A stretch of 20,000 nucleotides of DNA from an uncultured virus (IMG/VR IMGVR_UViG_3300042485_000896) (lineage: Duplodnaviria; Heunggongvirae; Uroviricota; Caudoviricetes). Both the position numbers and the translations under genes were made by a program. Positions 1 through 8,150 of the stretch are shown here, piece by piece. The stretch lies in the IMG/VR virus record IMGVR_UViG_3300042485_000896. One strand, 5' to 3'. The notes beneath the pieces were generated by a model. The model was not told where the DNA came from. It worked only from the letters and a program-made list of their open reading frames with translations, and made no database searches. Numbering within the stretch: the stretch's first letter is position 1; every line of letters starts with the position of its first letter.

Positions 1-112
1 CATTGATAATCATGTGACGAACGAGAGGGATGTTTACCTCAACGTCACGACGACCCGCCAAATTTGCCATCAGACTGCTGATTGCAGTCTGGTTATAATC
101 TACAACAATCAC
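1..112 (-). CDS. rnh: RNase H / 5'-3' exonuclease (T4 Rnh-like), 5' end only, runs off window
   Basis: Manual translation from GTG at 112: MIVVDYNQTAISSLMANLAGRRDVEVNIPLVRHMIIN, matching the T4-like Rnh N-terminus (hydrophobic strand + D, then LVRHMI.N). The start overlaps the TGA of the upstream gene (GTGA). Not in the ORF track. Confidence 0.85.
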   Translation of the reverse strand, partial: MIVVDYNQTAISSLMANLAGRRDVEVNIPLVRHMIIN

Positions 113-462
113 GTTTCATCATTCCCATCATTTAATTTTGTATCAAGTGCATTACGAATATCAGTTAGTAGATACGTTTCAGGCGTATCAATCCCACGTT
201 GACGCAAGAACATCCCATATACCAGAACAGAAATTACTGCTGCATCAGCATAGAAACTATCGTGTTTTGTAATGCCAAACTTCTCAGTGCAAACCTTGGT
301 GATTCCTGCCATGACTGATCGACCTGCACGTTCGGCGTCTTGATACGAGTTGTAGTCATCAATACCTTCGAGGAAGTATGTAAGAGATTCCTTATCTGGA
401 TTTGTATCTTCGAACTTCTTCTTAGGATTAAGAAAAGTCACGTTATCATTATCGCTCATCAA
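109..462 (-). CDS. hypothetical protein (117 aa)
   Basis: Intact ORF overlapping both neighbours by 4 nt; no recognisable motif. Confidence 0.7.
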   Translation of the reverse strand: MMSDNDNVTFLNPKKKFEDTNPDKESLTYFLEGIDDYNSYQDAERAGRSVMAGITKVCTEKFGITKHDSFYADAAVISVLVYGMFLRQRGIDTPETYLLTDIRNALDTKLNDGNDET

Positions 463-1580
463 AACACTTTCAAAATTAATGTAGTCGGAGTCAGTCGCGC
501 ACGAACAGGTGCAGGCTTACTCTTAACGGCTGAGTACCATTTAGTCAAGTCTTTTTTCGCCAGTTCAGCAAATTCTTTTACTTGAGTCTCTGGTTTACGT
601 AGCAACCGTGAGTTAGAGAAGTTCTCATCAAATCCTACAAGACTTGCACCCTTGACAGTAATGCTACCACTGACTGGGTTATAGTACTTGGAGATCTTTC
701 GAGTCTTGGTGTCGAAAGTCCACACTTCACTACAGTTTAGCAGATTGATAGGTTCGACACTGGCGATACCAAGTGCAGTATCTTCCTTGAGGAACTTTAG
801 GTTCTGGACCAATTTGGTCTTATCCTTTGGTTTCTTCTTACGAACCTTAGCAACCTGCTTGCTGACATGCGACTTTTTAAGATCGTTGACATAGGATTCG
901 AGCAACTTGACGATATCCTTGACAATCTTCATACCAGACAGATGTTCGTAACTCTCGAGCAACTGCGATTGCATGTCAGTCAGTTTTGCCTTGGGTATAC
1001 GACGAACTTCTACCAATTCAGCAAACTCGGCGAGGATAGGTTGAATCTTTTCGACGCACTCAAGGTAATGTCTGTCTGCCATACGATATGGCATAAGAAT
1101 TTGTGCTATATTCTTTACATCTTCGCCAATGACCAGATTCTCGATCTCGTCATTAACATCAGATACAATGAAGTGACCTGCAATCAACGGTTTCTTTGCA
1201 ACCTTGACTACAGGTTCTGGAGAGGTGTCATCCTCTTCGAGTTTGGTACGCTTATTGAAAGTTTCCTCGACCTTCTCCCAGATACGAGAGGTATCTCTGT
1301 CGTTAAGAGGGAACCCACGCATAGCGATACGAGCTGAATTAGCATAGGTGCGTGGAAGCAACTTGTCAGGAATCTTACTGAGAGTTTTCAGTTTATCCCT
1401 ATCACCCTTGAACCAGTCGCTCAAGAATGCACGACAATCCTTAGCATCCACGATGTAATTATACCAAGAGAGAGCATTACCAAACTCTGCCTGATAGTTT
1501 ACAGGTTCGTAGTCGGCAACCCAAATGGGTTCGACACCAACGAATTTCGATTCAGCAATAGGGACTTTCAACTTATGCAT
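459..1580 (-). CDS. conserved T4-like phage hypothetical protein (373 aa)
   Basis: Long ORF with GAGGTG SD and a sigma70-type promoter upstream. The ALSWYNY motif and basic C-terminal domain recall uncharacterised proteins of environmental T4-like phages. Confidence 0.75.
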   Translation of the reverse strand: MHKLKVPIAESKFVGVEPIWVADYEPVNYQAEFGNALSWYNYIVDAKDCRAFLSDWFKGDRDKLKTLSKIPDKLLPRTYANSARIAMRGFPLNDRDTSRIWEKVEETFNKRTKLEEDDTSPEPVVKVAKKPLIAGHFIVSDVNDEIENLVIGEDVKNIAQILMPYRMADRHYLECVEKIQPILAEFAELVEVRRIPKAKLTDMQSQLLESYEHLSGMKIVKDIVKLLESYVNDLKKSHVSKQVAKVRKKKPKDKTKLVQNLKFLKEDTALGIASVEPINLLNCSEVWTFDTKTRKISKYYNPVSGSITVKGASLVGFDENFSNSRLLRKPETQVKEFAELAKKDLTKWYSAVKSKPAPVRARLTPTTLILKVF

Positions 1581-1608
1581 GGGTTCACCTCATCAAATTT
1601 ATAGATTA

Positions 1609-1637
1609 CTTATACCGCATTTCTGCAGAAAAGTCAA
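1609..1637 (-). promoter_or_regulatory. sigma70-type (early-like) promoter
   Basis: Minus strand TTGACT(1637-1632)-17 nt-TATAAG(1614-1609), about 30 nt upstream of ATG 1580. The spacer contains the palindrome TTTCTGCAGAAA. Confidence 0.7.
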
Positions 1638-1891
1638 GCCATAAATTTGACATTTGTGATAGTATCATATCTGAAAGAGCGCCAAGCAGACTTTTCAGTA
1701 TCCCAGACAGGTAGAACATCAGGGTTTACCACCTTACTTTCAGCAGGAGTTGTTTTCTTCTCGGGCACTACGCTTTCCTGCAGAGTACATTTGATGACTC
1801 GAACATCACCATTAAGTTTTGTGAACGTCACTTCGGCGTTCATCTTCTTAAGATTCTTTACGAGCATTTCACGGTCAATTTCCATAATCAC
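1634..1891 (-). CDS. WYL_2 / Sm-like SH3 beta-barrel protein (DUF2693-like)
   Basis: Motifs VTFTKLNGDVRVIKCTL and VWDTEKSAWRSFRYD are typical of this phage family. Confidence 0.75.
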   Translation of the reverse strand: MIMEIDREMLVKNLKKMNAEVTFTKLNGDVRVIKCTLQESVVPEKKTTPAESKVVNPDVLPVWDTEKSAWRSFRYDTITNVKFMA

Positions 1892-2874
1892 ATTTTCCTT
1901 ACATTATTTTCGTCTATAATAATTTTACCATCTCTCCAAGATTTTCTGGGAGGATCTGGTGCGGGTATATCGTGGGTTGATAGATTATTTTTTTCCATAG
2001 CGAAGAAATCAGTGGGGTTTTCTACTACCACCTCAATTTTCTTCTTTGGTTTATGCTTCTTAACAACCTTCTTCGGTGCCACTGTTGGTGGAGTTGGATC
2101 AACCTCATCAACAGCGACAAAGTCTACTATACCCGCTTCTTCCTTTTTAGTCAAGCTTAAAATTGAAATATTTGCTGCAATAACCAAAAGAATTGCCAGA
2201 GGGTCGAATACGAAGATAAGAACAATAATCATCAAGCGCACTGCTTTGTCGATAGTAGCAGTATCGCCACTACCGTAGAACAGTTCTGCGATATATTTTA
2301 TCGGACCTACTTCTGCTTCGAGTTTGAGATTTTCTGTTTTGAGCGGTATGAGATCAGTCTCAATAGTCTCAATGTCTGCAGTCGCACTCTCAATTTCTTT
2401 ATTGAGAGACGCACGTTCCCGTTTCTGTCTGTTTCGAATGAAATTAGCATCGAGCACATCCTCTGCAGTAGTGAGTCTGTCCAAAGTATCCAAAGATGTT
2501 TGCGCATTTTTGAGTCTCCTTTCTGCAGATGTTTTCTTGCTCTCGAGTTGTTCTATCTTAATTTGCGTGGAACCACCAACAGTGCTATGTTCGATGTGCG
2601 CTCCACTTAGATAACCGAATACGCCAATACTTGTGATAAATGATAATACCACAATCGCGATTGTGAAATATGTTTTCAACAGTTTGTTTGCGGTTTTCCA
2701 ATTCCTATACACCCAACTCGCAGTAACGAGTTTAGCAAATTCTAAAGATCCACCCATCGCTGCAACAGCAATAGGGGATGCGGGGAAAATCGCCATCAAA
2801 CCTAATATCGAAAAGTAACCAGCAACTGATGTAATCGCCAGCGCTGCCAACATTAATAGTGCTATGAATAGCAT
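1888..2874 (-). CDS. membrane protein: about 3 N-terminal TM helices, coiled coil, 4th TM, Pro/Lys-rich tail
   Basis: Hydrophobic segments (LFIALLMLAALAI.., PIAVAAMGGSL.., FTIAIVVLSFITSIGVFGYL, LMIIVLIFVFDPLAILLVIAA) flank a heptad region. Start reassigned to ATG 2874, which has a GGAG SD 6 nt upstream. Confidence 0.75.
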   Translation of the reverse strand: MLFIALLMLAALAITSVAGYFSILGLMAIFPASPIAVAAMGGSLEFAKLVTASWVYRNWKTANKLLKTYFTIAIVVLSFITSIGVFGYLSGAHIEHSTVGGSTQIKIEQLESKKTSAERRLKNAQTSLDTLDRLTTAEDVLDANFIRNRQKRERASLNKEIESATADIETIETDLIPLKTENLKLEAEVGPIKYIAELFYGSGDTATIDKAVRLMIIVLIFVFDPLAILLVIAANISILSLTKKEEAGIVDFVAVDEVDPTPPTVAPKKVVKKHKPKKKIEVVVENPTDFFAMEKNNLSTHDIPAPDPPRKSWRDGKIIIDENNVRKM

Positions 2875-3209
2875 CCAGGTCTCCAATCAGGTAATTTTAA
2901 TTCTTTCAAGTGATCAAGTCTCAGACGCACATTCCACATTTGATTGATGCATCTGTCGTCGAGTCTATGCTCCCATTGCAGGATATGTTCAACTGCTTTG
3001 GCATGCGATTTGCTGTCGTATTCAGCGACAACTTCCTTGCGCATTTCGCCTTCATAGTTAGTCACATAAGAGGAACTTCCGAAGTATGTTTCGAAAAGTT
3101 TCTCTGTCTTACATGAATACCCAATATAAAATTTGCCGTCGTCGAAGTAAGTGCAATATACTCTATGCACCTTCTTCGGCAACGGCTTACGTTTTTTTCT
3201 AATTACCAT
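2862..3209 (-). CDS. small stand-alone GIY-YIG family nuclease (Seg-like catalytic domain only)
   Basis: VYC..YIGYS, YFGSS, a candidate catalytic E (KAVEH) and N (CINQ). At 115 aa it has no room for a C-terminal DNA-binding domain. Confidence 0.7.
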   Translation of the reverse strand: MVIRKKRKPLPKKVHRVYCTYFDDGKFYIGYSCKTEKLFETYFGSSSYVTNYEGEMRKEVVAEYDSKSHAKAVEHILQWEHRLDDRCINQMWNVRLRLDHLKELKLPDWRPGCYS

Positions 3210-3237
3210 AATCTACTCCGTAAGTAGACTATTTATT
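3208..3237 (-). promoter_or_regulatory. late-promoter-like AATAAATA overlapping an SD/AUG-sequestering hairpin
   Basis: Minus strand AATAAATA (3237-3230). RNA stem AUAGUCUACU-UACGG-AGUAGAUUAU (3232-3208) covers GGAG and the AU of the start codon. Confidence 0.6.
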
Positions 3238-3391
3238 CGCTTTCTTGATCGGAATCGAAATCATATTCTTCTTGATCGATCCCTTCGCCGCAGAAAGGAC
3301 AGTACAACACTCTATAATATTTACCGTCCATATCATGCTCTACAGAGAATAGAGCATTACAACTAGAACATTCGTGCTCCTCGTCAAGCAT
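3233..3391 (-). CDS. small Zn-ribbon protein (52 aa, CxxC...CPFC, acidic tail)
   Basis: Manual translation MLDEEHECSSCNALFSVEHDMDGKYYRVLYCPFCGEGIDQEEYDFDSDQESE*; fills the gap between neighbours; below the ORF-track cutoff. Confidence 0.8.
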   Translation of the reverse strand: MLDEEHECSSCNALFSVEHDMDGKYYRVLYCPFCGEGIDQEEYDFDSDQESE

Positions 3392-3396
3392 GTAAA

Positions 3397-3699
3397 TTAC
3401 ACATCAGTAATAGTTGTAGTAGATATAATACCAACGGAATTATGATATTCGTCCATTGCACCACCTAGATTACCCGAGGCAACAAATGCTTCAAACTCTT
3501 CAGCGACTGCATCATCTGTGAACGTATATTCTAATACCTGGACATACATATCATTCAGGATATCGAAATGAAATGTAACAGTATCTCTATTATTTTCTAA
3601 CCATTCATCCAATAAAGAATTCTGCGGGGGATTGGTCTGAAAATACCACAAAGTTTGATGTGACGGTCTAGTATTTGTAATAGTAAGTTTCTTCGCCAT
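3397..3699 (-). CDS. hypothetical acidic protein (100 aa), AT-rich
   Basis: Start reassigned to ATG 3699 (MAKKLTITNTRP) with AAGGA SD; the track start at 3741 overlaps nrdB. Confidence 0.65.
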   Translation of the reverse strand: MAKKLTITNTRPSHQTLWYFQTNPPQNSLLDEWLENNRDTVTFHFDILNDMYVQVLEYTFTDDAVAEEFEAFVASGNLGGAMDEYHNSVGIISTTTITDV

Positions 3700-3722
3700 G
3701 ATAGTTTCCTTCTCGTTTAAAT

Positions 3723-4697
3723 TTATGCTGCCACACCCCAAACATCATCCCACTTGCCTGATAGTGCACCCTTGGCATAGTCGGTAGCACGATTTTCAAA
3801 GAAGTTGGTGTGTGTTGGTGCGTTGATCATTTCCTCGACCCAAGGCAGAGGATTTTTCTTAATCTTAAAGATACCCTTGAGACCGAGACTAATTAGTCGA
3901 CGGTCACAAATATAACGGATATACTTCTTTACATCTGCAGATGTGAGATCTTGCATCTCACCCATCTCGAATGAAAGATCAATAAACTTATCTTCCAGTT
4001 CTACCATTTTCTCGGCGATGGTATAGATACTGGACTTCAATTCATCGTTCCAGAGTTCGCGATTTTCCTCGACATAAGTGCGGAACAACTTGATCATCGA
4101 CTCAGCATGCATCGTCTCATCAACGATTGACCAAGTAACAATCTGTCCCATTCCCTTCATCTTTCCGTGACGAGGGAAGTTGAGGAGCATAATGAAGGAT
4201 GAGAACAGTTGCATACCCTCAGTGAATGCACTAAATGCAGCGATATTGGTCGCGACCGATTCAGGTGTTCCATTTGCATTCGACAAATCCGTAAAGTAGT
4301 CGTGCTTTGCTCGCATTGAGTCGTATTCAAGGAATTCTTGATATGTCGTTTCTGGCATACCCAGAGTTTCAATAAGGTGAGAATACGCTGCAACATGTAG
4401 TGCCTCCCTTGCCGCAAATCCCATCAACATCATACGAATTTCAGGTTGAGGGAAATACGGTAGATAGTTCTTCACATAACCGCCAGCAACATCGATGTCA
4501 CCCTGTGTGAAGAAGCGGAAAATGTTAGTCAGAAAGTGTTTTTCACCATCGGTAAGACGCTTCTTCCAGTCTTGCACGTCTTCGACCATTGGCACCTCAG
4601 TATGCAACCAATGTGACTGCTCATGCTTTAACCAAGCATCATACGCCCAAGGATAGTTGAACGGTTTGAAATACGATCTTTCACTCATTAATGTCAT
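3723..4697 (-). CDS. nrdB: ribonucleotide reductase class Ia beta subunit
   Basis: Di-metal ligands FTQGD, EALH, TEG and DETMH; radical Tyr in HVAAYS; C-terminal NFFE.RATDY. Confidence 0.97.
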   Translation of the reverse strand: MTLMSERSYFKPFNYPWAYDAWLKHEQSHWLHTEVPMVEDVQDWKKRLTDGEKHFLTNIFRFFTQGDIDVAGGYVKNYLPYFPQPEIRMMLMGFAAREALHVAAYSHLIETLGMPETTYQEFLEYDSMRAKHDYFTDLSNANGTPESVATNIAAFSAFTEGMQLFSSFIMLLNFPRHGKMKGMGQIVTWSIVDETMHAESMIKLFRTYVEENRELWNDELKSSIYTIAEKMVELEDKFIDLSFEMGEMQDLTSADVKKYIRYICDRRLISLGLKGIFKIKKNPLPWVEEMINAPTHTNFFENRATDYAKGALSGKWDDVWGVAA

Positions 4698-4852
4698 GGA
4701 CGACCCTGACCCCTATACTTTTTGAAGTTTTGCTTTTTATTTTTATTCATTGTGCTGGTTTTAATCTTCCCATTACCAATCGAAGTACCTCTCTTATGAG
4801 TTTCGTTGATGCTGTTTTTCGTTGTCCCAGTAGACTTGCTGCCTTTTGCCAT
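4694..4852 (-). CDS. small very basic protein ending KKYRGQGRP (52 aa)
   Basis: Manual translation MAKGSKSTGTTKNSINETHKRGTSIGNGKIKTSTMNKNKKQNFKKYRGQGRP*. TAATG overlap with glutaredoxin and ATGA overlap with nrdB. Not in the ORF track. Confidence 0.8.
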   Translation of the reverse strand: MAKGSKSTGTTKNSINETHKRGTSIGNGKIKTSTMNKNKKQNFKKYRGQGRP

Positions 4853-5088
4853 TAATTATTCTCCGCCCATTTGATTAAACCATCATAACCACCGACGTGA
4901 TGTCCATTAATCCAAATTTGCGGAACAGTTGTCACCCCAGGAACTGCGGCAACTACATCTTCCCATAATACATCTTCACCCACCACACTTTCAATATACT
5001 GAATTTCCATACCAGTCATGAATTCCTTTGCCAATACGCAATAGGGGCAATCAGGTTTGGTATAAATCTCTGCAAAAAATTGTGTCAT
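4852..5088 (-). CDS. nrdC: glutaredoxin (T4 NrdC-like)
   Basis: CPYC active site, TVPQI and GGY motifs; lies between nrdA and nrdB. Confidence 0.92.
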   Translation of the reverse strand: MTQFFAEIYTKPDCPYCVLAKEFMTGMEIQYIESVVGEDVLWEDVVAAVPGVTTVPQIWINGHHVGGYDGLIKWAENN

Positions 5089-5091
5089 TTC

Positions 5092-6894
5092 TTATCCTTC
5101 GCATGCAACACAGGTGTCACCTTCGATCATTGCTTTGAAGTCGAGTTCTTTAATTACTTCTCGTTCAATACGCTTTGATACCTTATCTGCCTTACCAATC
5201 TTCTCGGAACGGCAATAGTATAGAGTCTTCAAACCTTGCTTCCATGCAAGATAATGGACTGCATGAATATATTTGATATTTGCATCAGGACGGAAGAATA
5301 GATTGAGGGACTGTGCCTGATCAATAAACTTCTGTCTGTCTGCTGCATGTTCAATAACCCAACGCTGATCGATTTCCATCGAGGTTTTGTAGACACTCTT
5401 AGTAATATCGTCCATCCATGTAAGGTGCTGCACCGAACCATCGTTGGCGATAATCGAGGACCAAACCTCGTCATACCAACCAGCAGGTCTGCCGAATGCC
5501 GCTTCTTCTAGAATAATCGCGTCAAGATATTTATTCTTATTCAAAAATGAACCCGATAGTGTATCTTGACGATATGCATTTGCTCGCCATGGTTCAATCG
5601 ACGGACTAGTATTACCCATGATGATTGACGACGATGCGTTTGGAGCAATTGCCTGCATATGTGAGAAACGACGACCAGTGCCAGCAGCATCAGGTGCTTC
5701 GCCACGCTCTGTTCCAAGTTCTAGATTCGCAGTATCTAGACGATTCTTGATTAGTTTGAACATTCGCATGTTCGTTCCCTTAGCGACTGCCGACTCCCAC
5801 GCAATACCCTTGCGCTGAAGATAAGCATGGAAACCTAGTGCACCGATACCAATAGAACGTTCGCGCTTTGCTGAATAGATCGCACGAGCAACCTGCTTCG
5901 GAGCATTGTCAATAAAGTATTGTAACACGTTATCTAGCATTTCCGCCATGTCCTTGAGGAACAACGGATCTTTCGACCATGCATCATAGTATTCTAGATT
6001 AACGGACGAGAGGCAGCAAACCGCAGTACGCTTCCTATCCGTTGGAAGAATGATTTCTGAACAGAGATTTGACTGATGAATCTTTAGACCAAGATCCTTC
6101 TGGAACTGCGGCATTGCACGATTAGACGTATCAATAAAGTGTAGGTATGGTTCACCTGTCATCATACGAAGTTCGAGAATCTTCTGCCAAAGTTCCTTCG
6201 CTGAAACTGTGTCGCGGATTTCACCCGATTTCGGATCGGTAAGGTTCCAACTGTCGTCGGCATCCTTGTCCGTCATACAACGCTCAACGATTTCCATAAA
6301 CGCATCCGAGATGTTGATCCCATGGTGCAGGTTCAGTGCACGCATGTTGGGATCACCCGTCGGTTTGCGCATCTCTAGAAATAACCCAACATCAGGGTGA
6401 GAAATATCCAGATAAGCAGCATAAGAACCACGACGAGTGCGACCTTGACGGTAAGCCATACTAGAAGCATCATAAGTGCGAAGGTGAGGCATAACGCCAG
6501 TAGACTTATCATCTGCGGCGCGAATGCCAAAACCAATACCAACGCCGCCACCAAGCATAGACAACCAGTTAGTTTCTGAAAGATTTTCAACTAGACCCTC
6601 CGCAGTATCGTCAATGAAGTTTAGAAAACATGAGATTGGCATACCACGCTTCGACCGACCAAACGAGAGGATCGGAGTGGCATATGACAACCAGTGCTTT
6701 GACGCATATTCGTATAGACGCTGCGCATGTTCAGGATTAGAACCGAACGTCTTTGAAACAAAAGCGAACCGATGTTGTGGAGACGTTTCGTCGTCCTTCA
6801 TATATGATTCTTGAAGTCGCTGAATACCTAGTTTGTCAAACAGGGAGTCCCGTGATAGGTCAATTTCAATATCCAGATAATTCTCTCTTGCCAT
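5092..6894 (-). CDS. nrdA: ribonucleotide reductase class Ia alpha subunit, no ATP-cone
   Basis: ATPIL, SCFL, GGGVG, SNLCSEI (catalytic N-C-E), APNASSS, KTLYY and a C-terminal CVAC redox pair. 600 aa with no visible intein. Confidence 0.97.
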   Translation of the reverse strand: MARENYLDIEIDLSRDSLFDKLGIQRLQESYMKDDETSPQHRFAFVSKTFGSNPEHAQRLYEYASKHWLSYATPILSFGRSKRGMPISCFLNFIDDTAEGLVENLSETNWLSMLGGGVGIGFGIRAADDKSTGVMPHLRTYDASSMAYRQGRTRRGSYAAYLDISHPDVGLFLEMRKPTGDPNMRALNLHHGINISDAFMEIVERCMTDKDADDSWNLTDPKSGEIRDTVSAKELWQKILELRMMTGEPYLHFIDTSNRAMPQFQKDLGLKIHQSNLCSEIILPTDRKRTAVCCLSSVNLEYYDAWSKDPLFLKDMAEMLDNVLQYFIDNAPKQVARAIYSAKRERSIGIGALGFHAYLQRKGIAWESAVAKGTNMRMFKLIKNRLDTANLELGTERGEAPDAAGTGRRFSHMQAIAPNASSSIIMGNTSPSIEPWRANAYRQDTLSGSFLNKNKYLDAIILEEAAFGRPAGWYDEVWSSIIANDGSVQHLTWMDDITKSVYKTSMEIDQRWVIEHAADRQKFIDQAQSLNLFFRPDANIKYIHAVHYLAWKQGLKTLYYCRSEKIGKADKVSKRIEREVIKELDFKAMIEGDTCVACEG

Positions 6895-7437
6895 TTATAG
6901 TCCCTGTTCCTTCAACACTTTTTCGATGTCTGGTTTGAAATATGATTCTGGTTTCAGAATCTTACCATCCTCGCGCTTTTTAATCTTACCATTATCAGAA
7001 ACCTTGCTCATGTTAGAAGCACGCACTTCTTTCCACACTTCTTCAAAGTTGATACCAAGAGTTGCAAACAATCCTTGAACAACCCAGACTAGATCGGCAC
7101 CACCGTCAGCAATGTCTCCAATATGACGACGAAGAAACCCATCGCAAAGTTCGCGGTATTCTTCATCGATTAGATTAATATATAGGCTTGCTTGCGCCAT
7201 ATTATCATCATTTAGATGAGGTTTTACACCAACATATTGATCCGCTGCGGACATAAATTCAGTAACGTCTTCTTGATAATTCATAGTATTTTCTTTCATT
7301 AGTGTAAAACTTCCATCTTCATTGGCAACCCACGTGATAGTATCACCTTCTTTCCATTGCAGTTTTTCGAAACCTTCCCAAACAATATAGTGCTCGTCTG
7401 CGAAAGGATCGTATTCAACTTTAATAGTATCACTCAT
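6895..7437 (-). CDS. MazG-like (PRA-PH type) NTP pyrophosphohydrolase with N-terminal AbrB/MazE-like domain
   Basis: C-terminal LIDEEYREL..DGGADLVWV..EVRASNMSK..REDGKILKP; N-terminal LQWKEGDTITWVANEDGSFTL swapped-hairpin-like segment; continuous reading frame. Confidence 0.8.
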   Translation of the reverse strand: MSDTIKVEYDPFADEHYIVWEGFEKLQWKEGDTITWVANEDGSFTLMKENTMNYQEDVTEFMSAADQYVGVKPHLNDDNMAQASLYINLIDEEYRELCDGFLRRHIGDIADGGADLVWVVQGLFATLGINFEEVWKEVRASNMSKVSDNGKIKKREDGKILKPESYFKPDIEKVLKEQGL

Positions 7438-8150
7438 TTGCGCACCTCTTCAAGAATGTGATATTTAGGTTCCCATCCGAGTCTGCGCATTTCATCGATA
7501 TTGGCATGAGTGACTTCTCTCTCACCAACAACATCTTTGAAAGGAACATCTCGGTATCCATAGGTATCCAAAACTTCACTGACAGAGATCGGTTCATCCG
7601 ACCCAATATCTACTATACCCGAATAATTCGGATTAGTCAATAGAATTTCAATCGCAGAGCAAATATCTTCAACATGCGTCCAGTCTCGAAGATGTTCTGT
7701 TTTATATTCGATTTTATTATTAAGCATCATATCATAGAACATATCAGGGCGACTGTCTGGACCATAAACTGTATGGAATCTCATACCAATTGAGGTATAT
7801 GGCGCAAGTTCTTCCATCGCCTTTTTGCTGGTAGCATATGGATTTTTCCACCACTCATAAATTGAGGAGGAAGATGCATAGATTACCTTTACCCGATTAA
7901 TCTCTGCCCATCTAAAGATGCGATTCGATGCAGTCACATTAGTTTCCCAATAACCTTCTGGATCGTCCCAACTTTTGCGAACACCAGCGAGTGCTGCTAG
8001 GTGTAGAACAACATCTGGGTTCCCGTAAGACTCTGTCATCTTCCATTCACGAATATCTCCCTCGTATGGAATTACAGTGTGATTCTTAGAAAGAATACGA
8101 AGCGCATTCCTACCGATAAACCCTTCATGTCCAGTTAGTAGAATTCTCAC
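7434..8150 (-). CDS. NAD-dependent epimerase/dehydratase (extended SDR)
   Basis: TGHEGFIG Rossmann motif, HLAA, YASSSS, YATSK catalytic YxxxK, RFHTVYGP, RDWTHVED. Confidence 0.9.
   Translation of the reverse strand: MRILLTGHEGFIGRNALRILSKNHTVIPYEGDIREWKMTESYGNPDVVLHLAALAGVRKSWDDPEGYWETNVTASNRIFRWAEINRVKVIYASSSSIYEWWKNPYATSKKAMEELAPYTSIGMRFHTVYGPDSRPDMFYDMMLNNKIEYKTEHLRDWTHVEDICSAIEILLTNPNYSGIVDIGSDEPISVSEVLDTYGYRDVPFKDVVGEREVTHANIDEMRRLGWEPKYHILEEVRK

Noticed and set aside
2862..3209. Mobile homing endonuclease
   Set aside because: Only the catalytic domain is present, with no DNA-binding extension or intron context; kept as a stand-alone nuclease.
5528..5535. AATAAATA late-promoter-like box inside nrdA
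   Set aside because: Explained by codons for N-K-Y, non-consensus, and far from any gene start.
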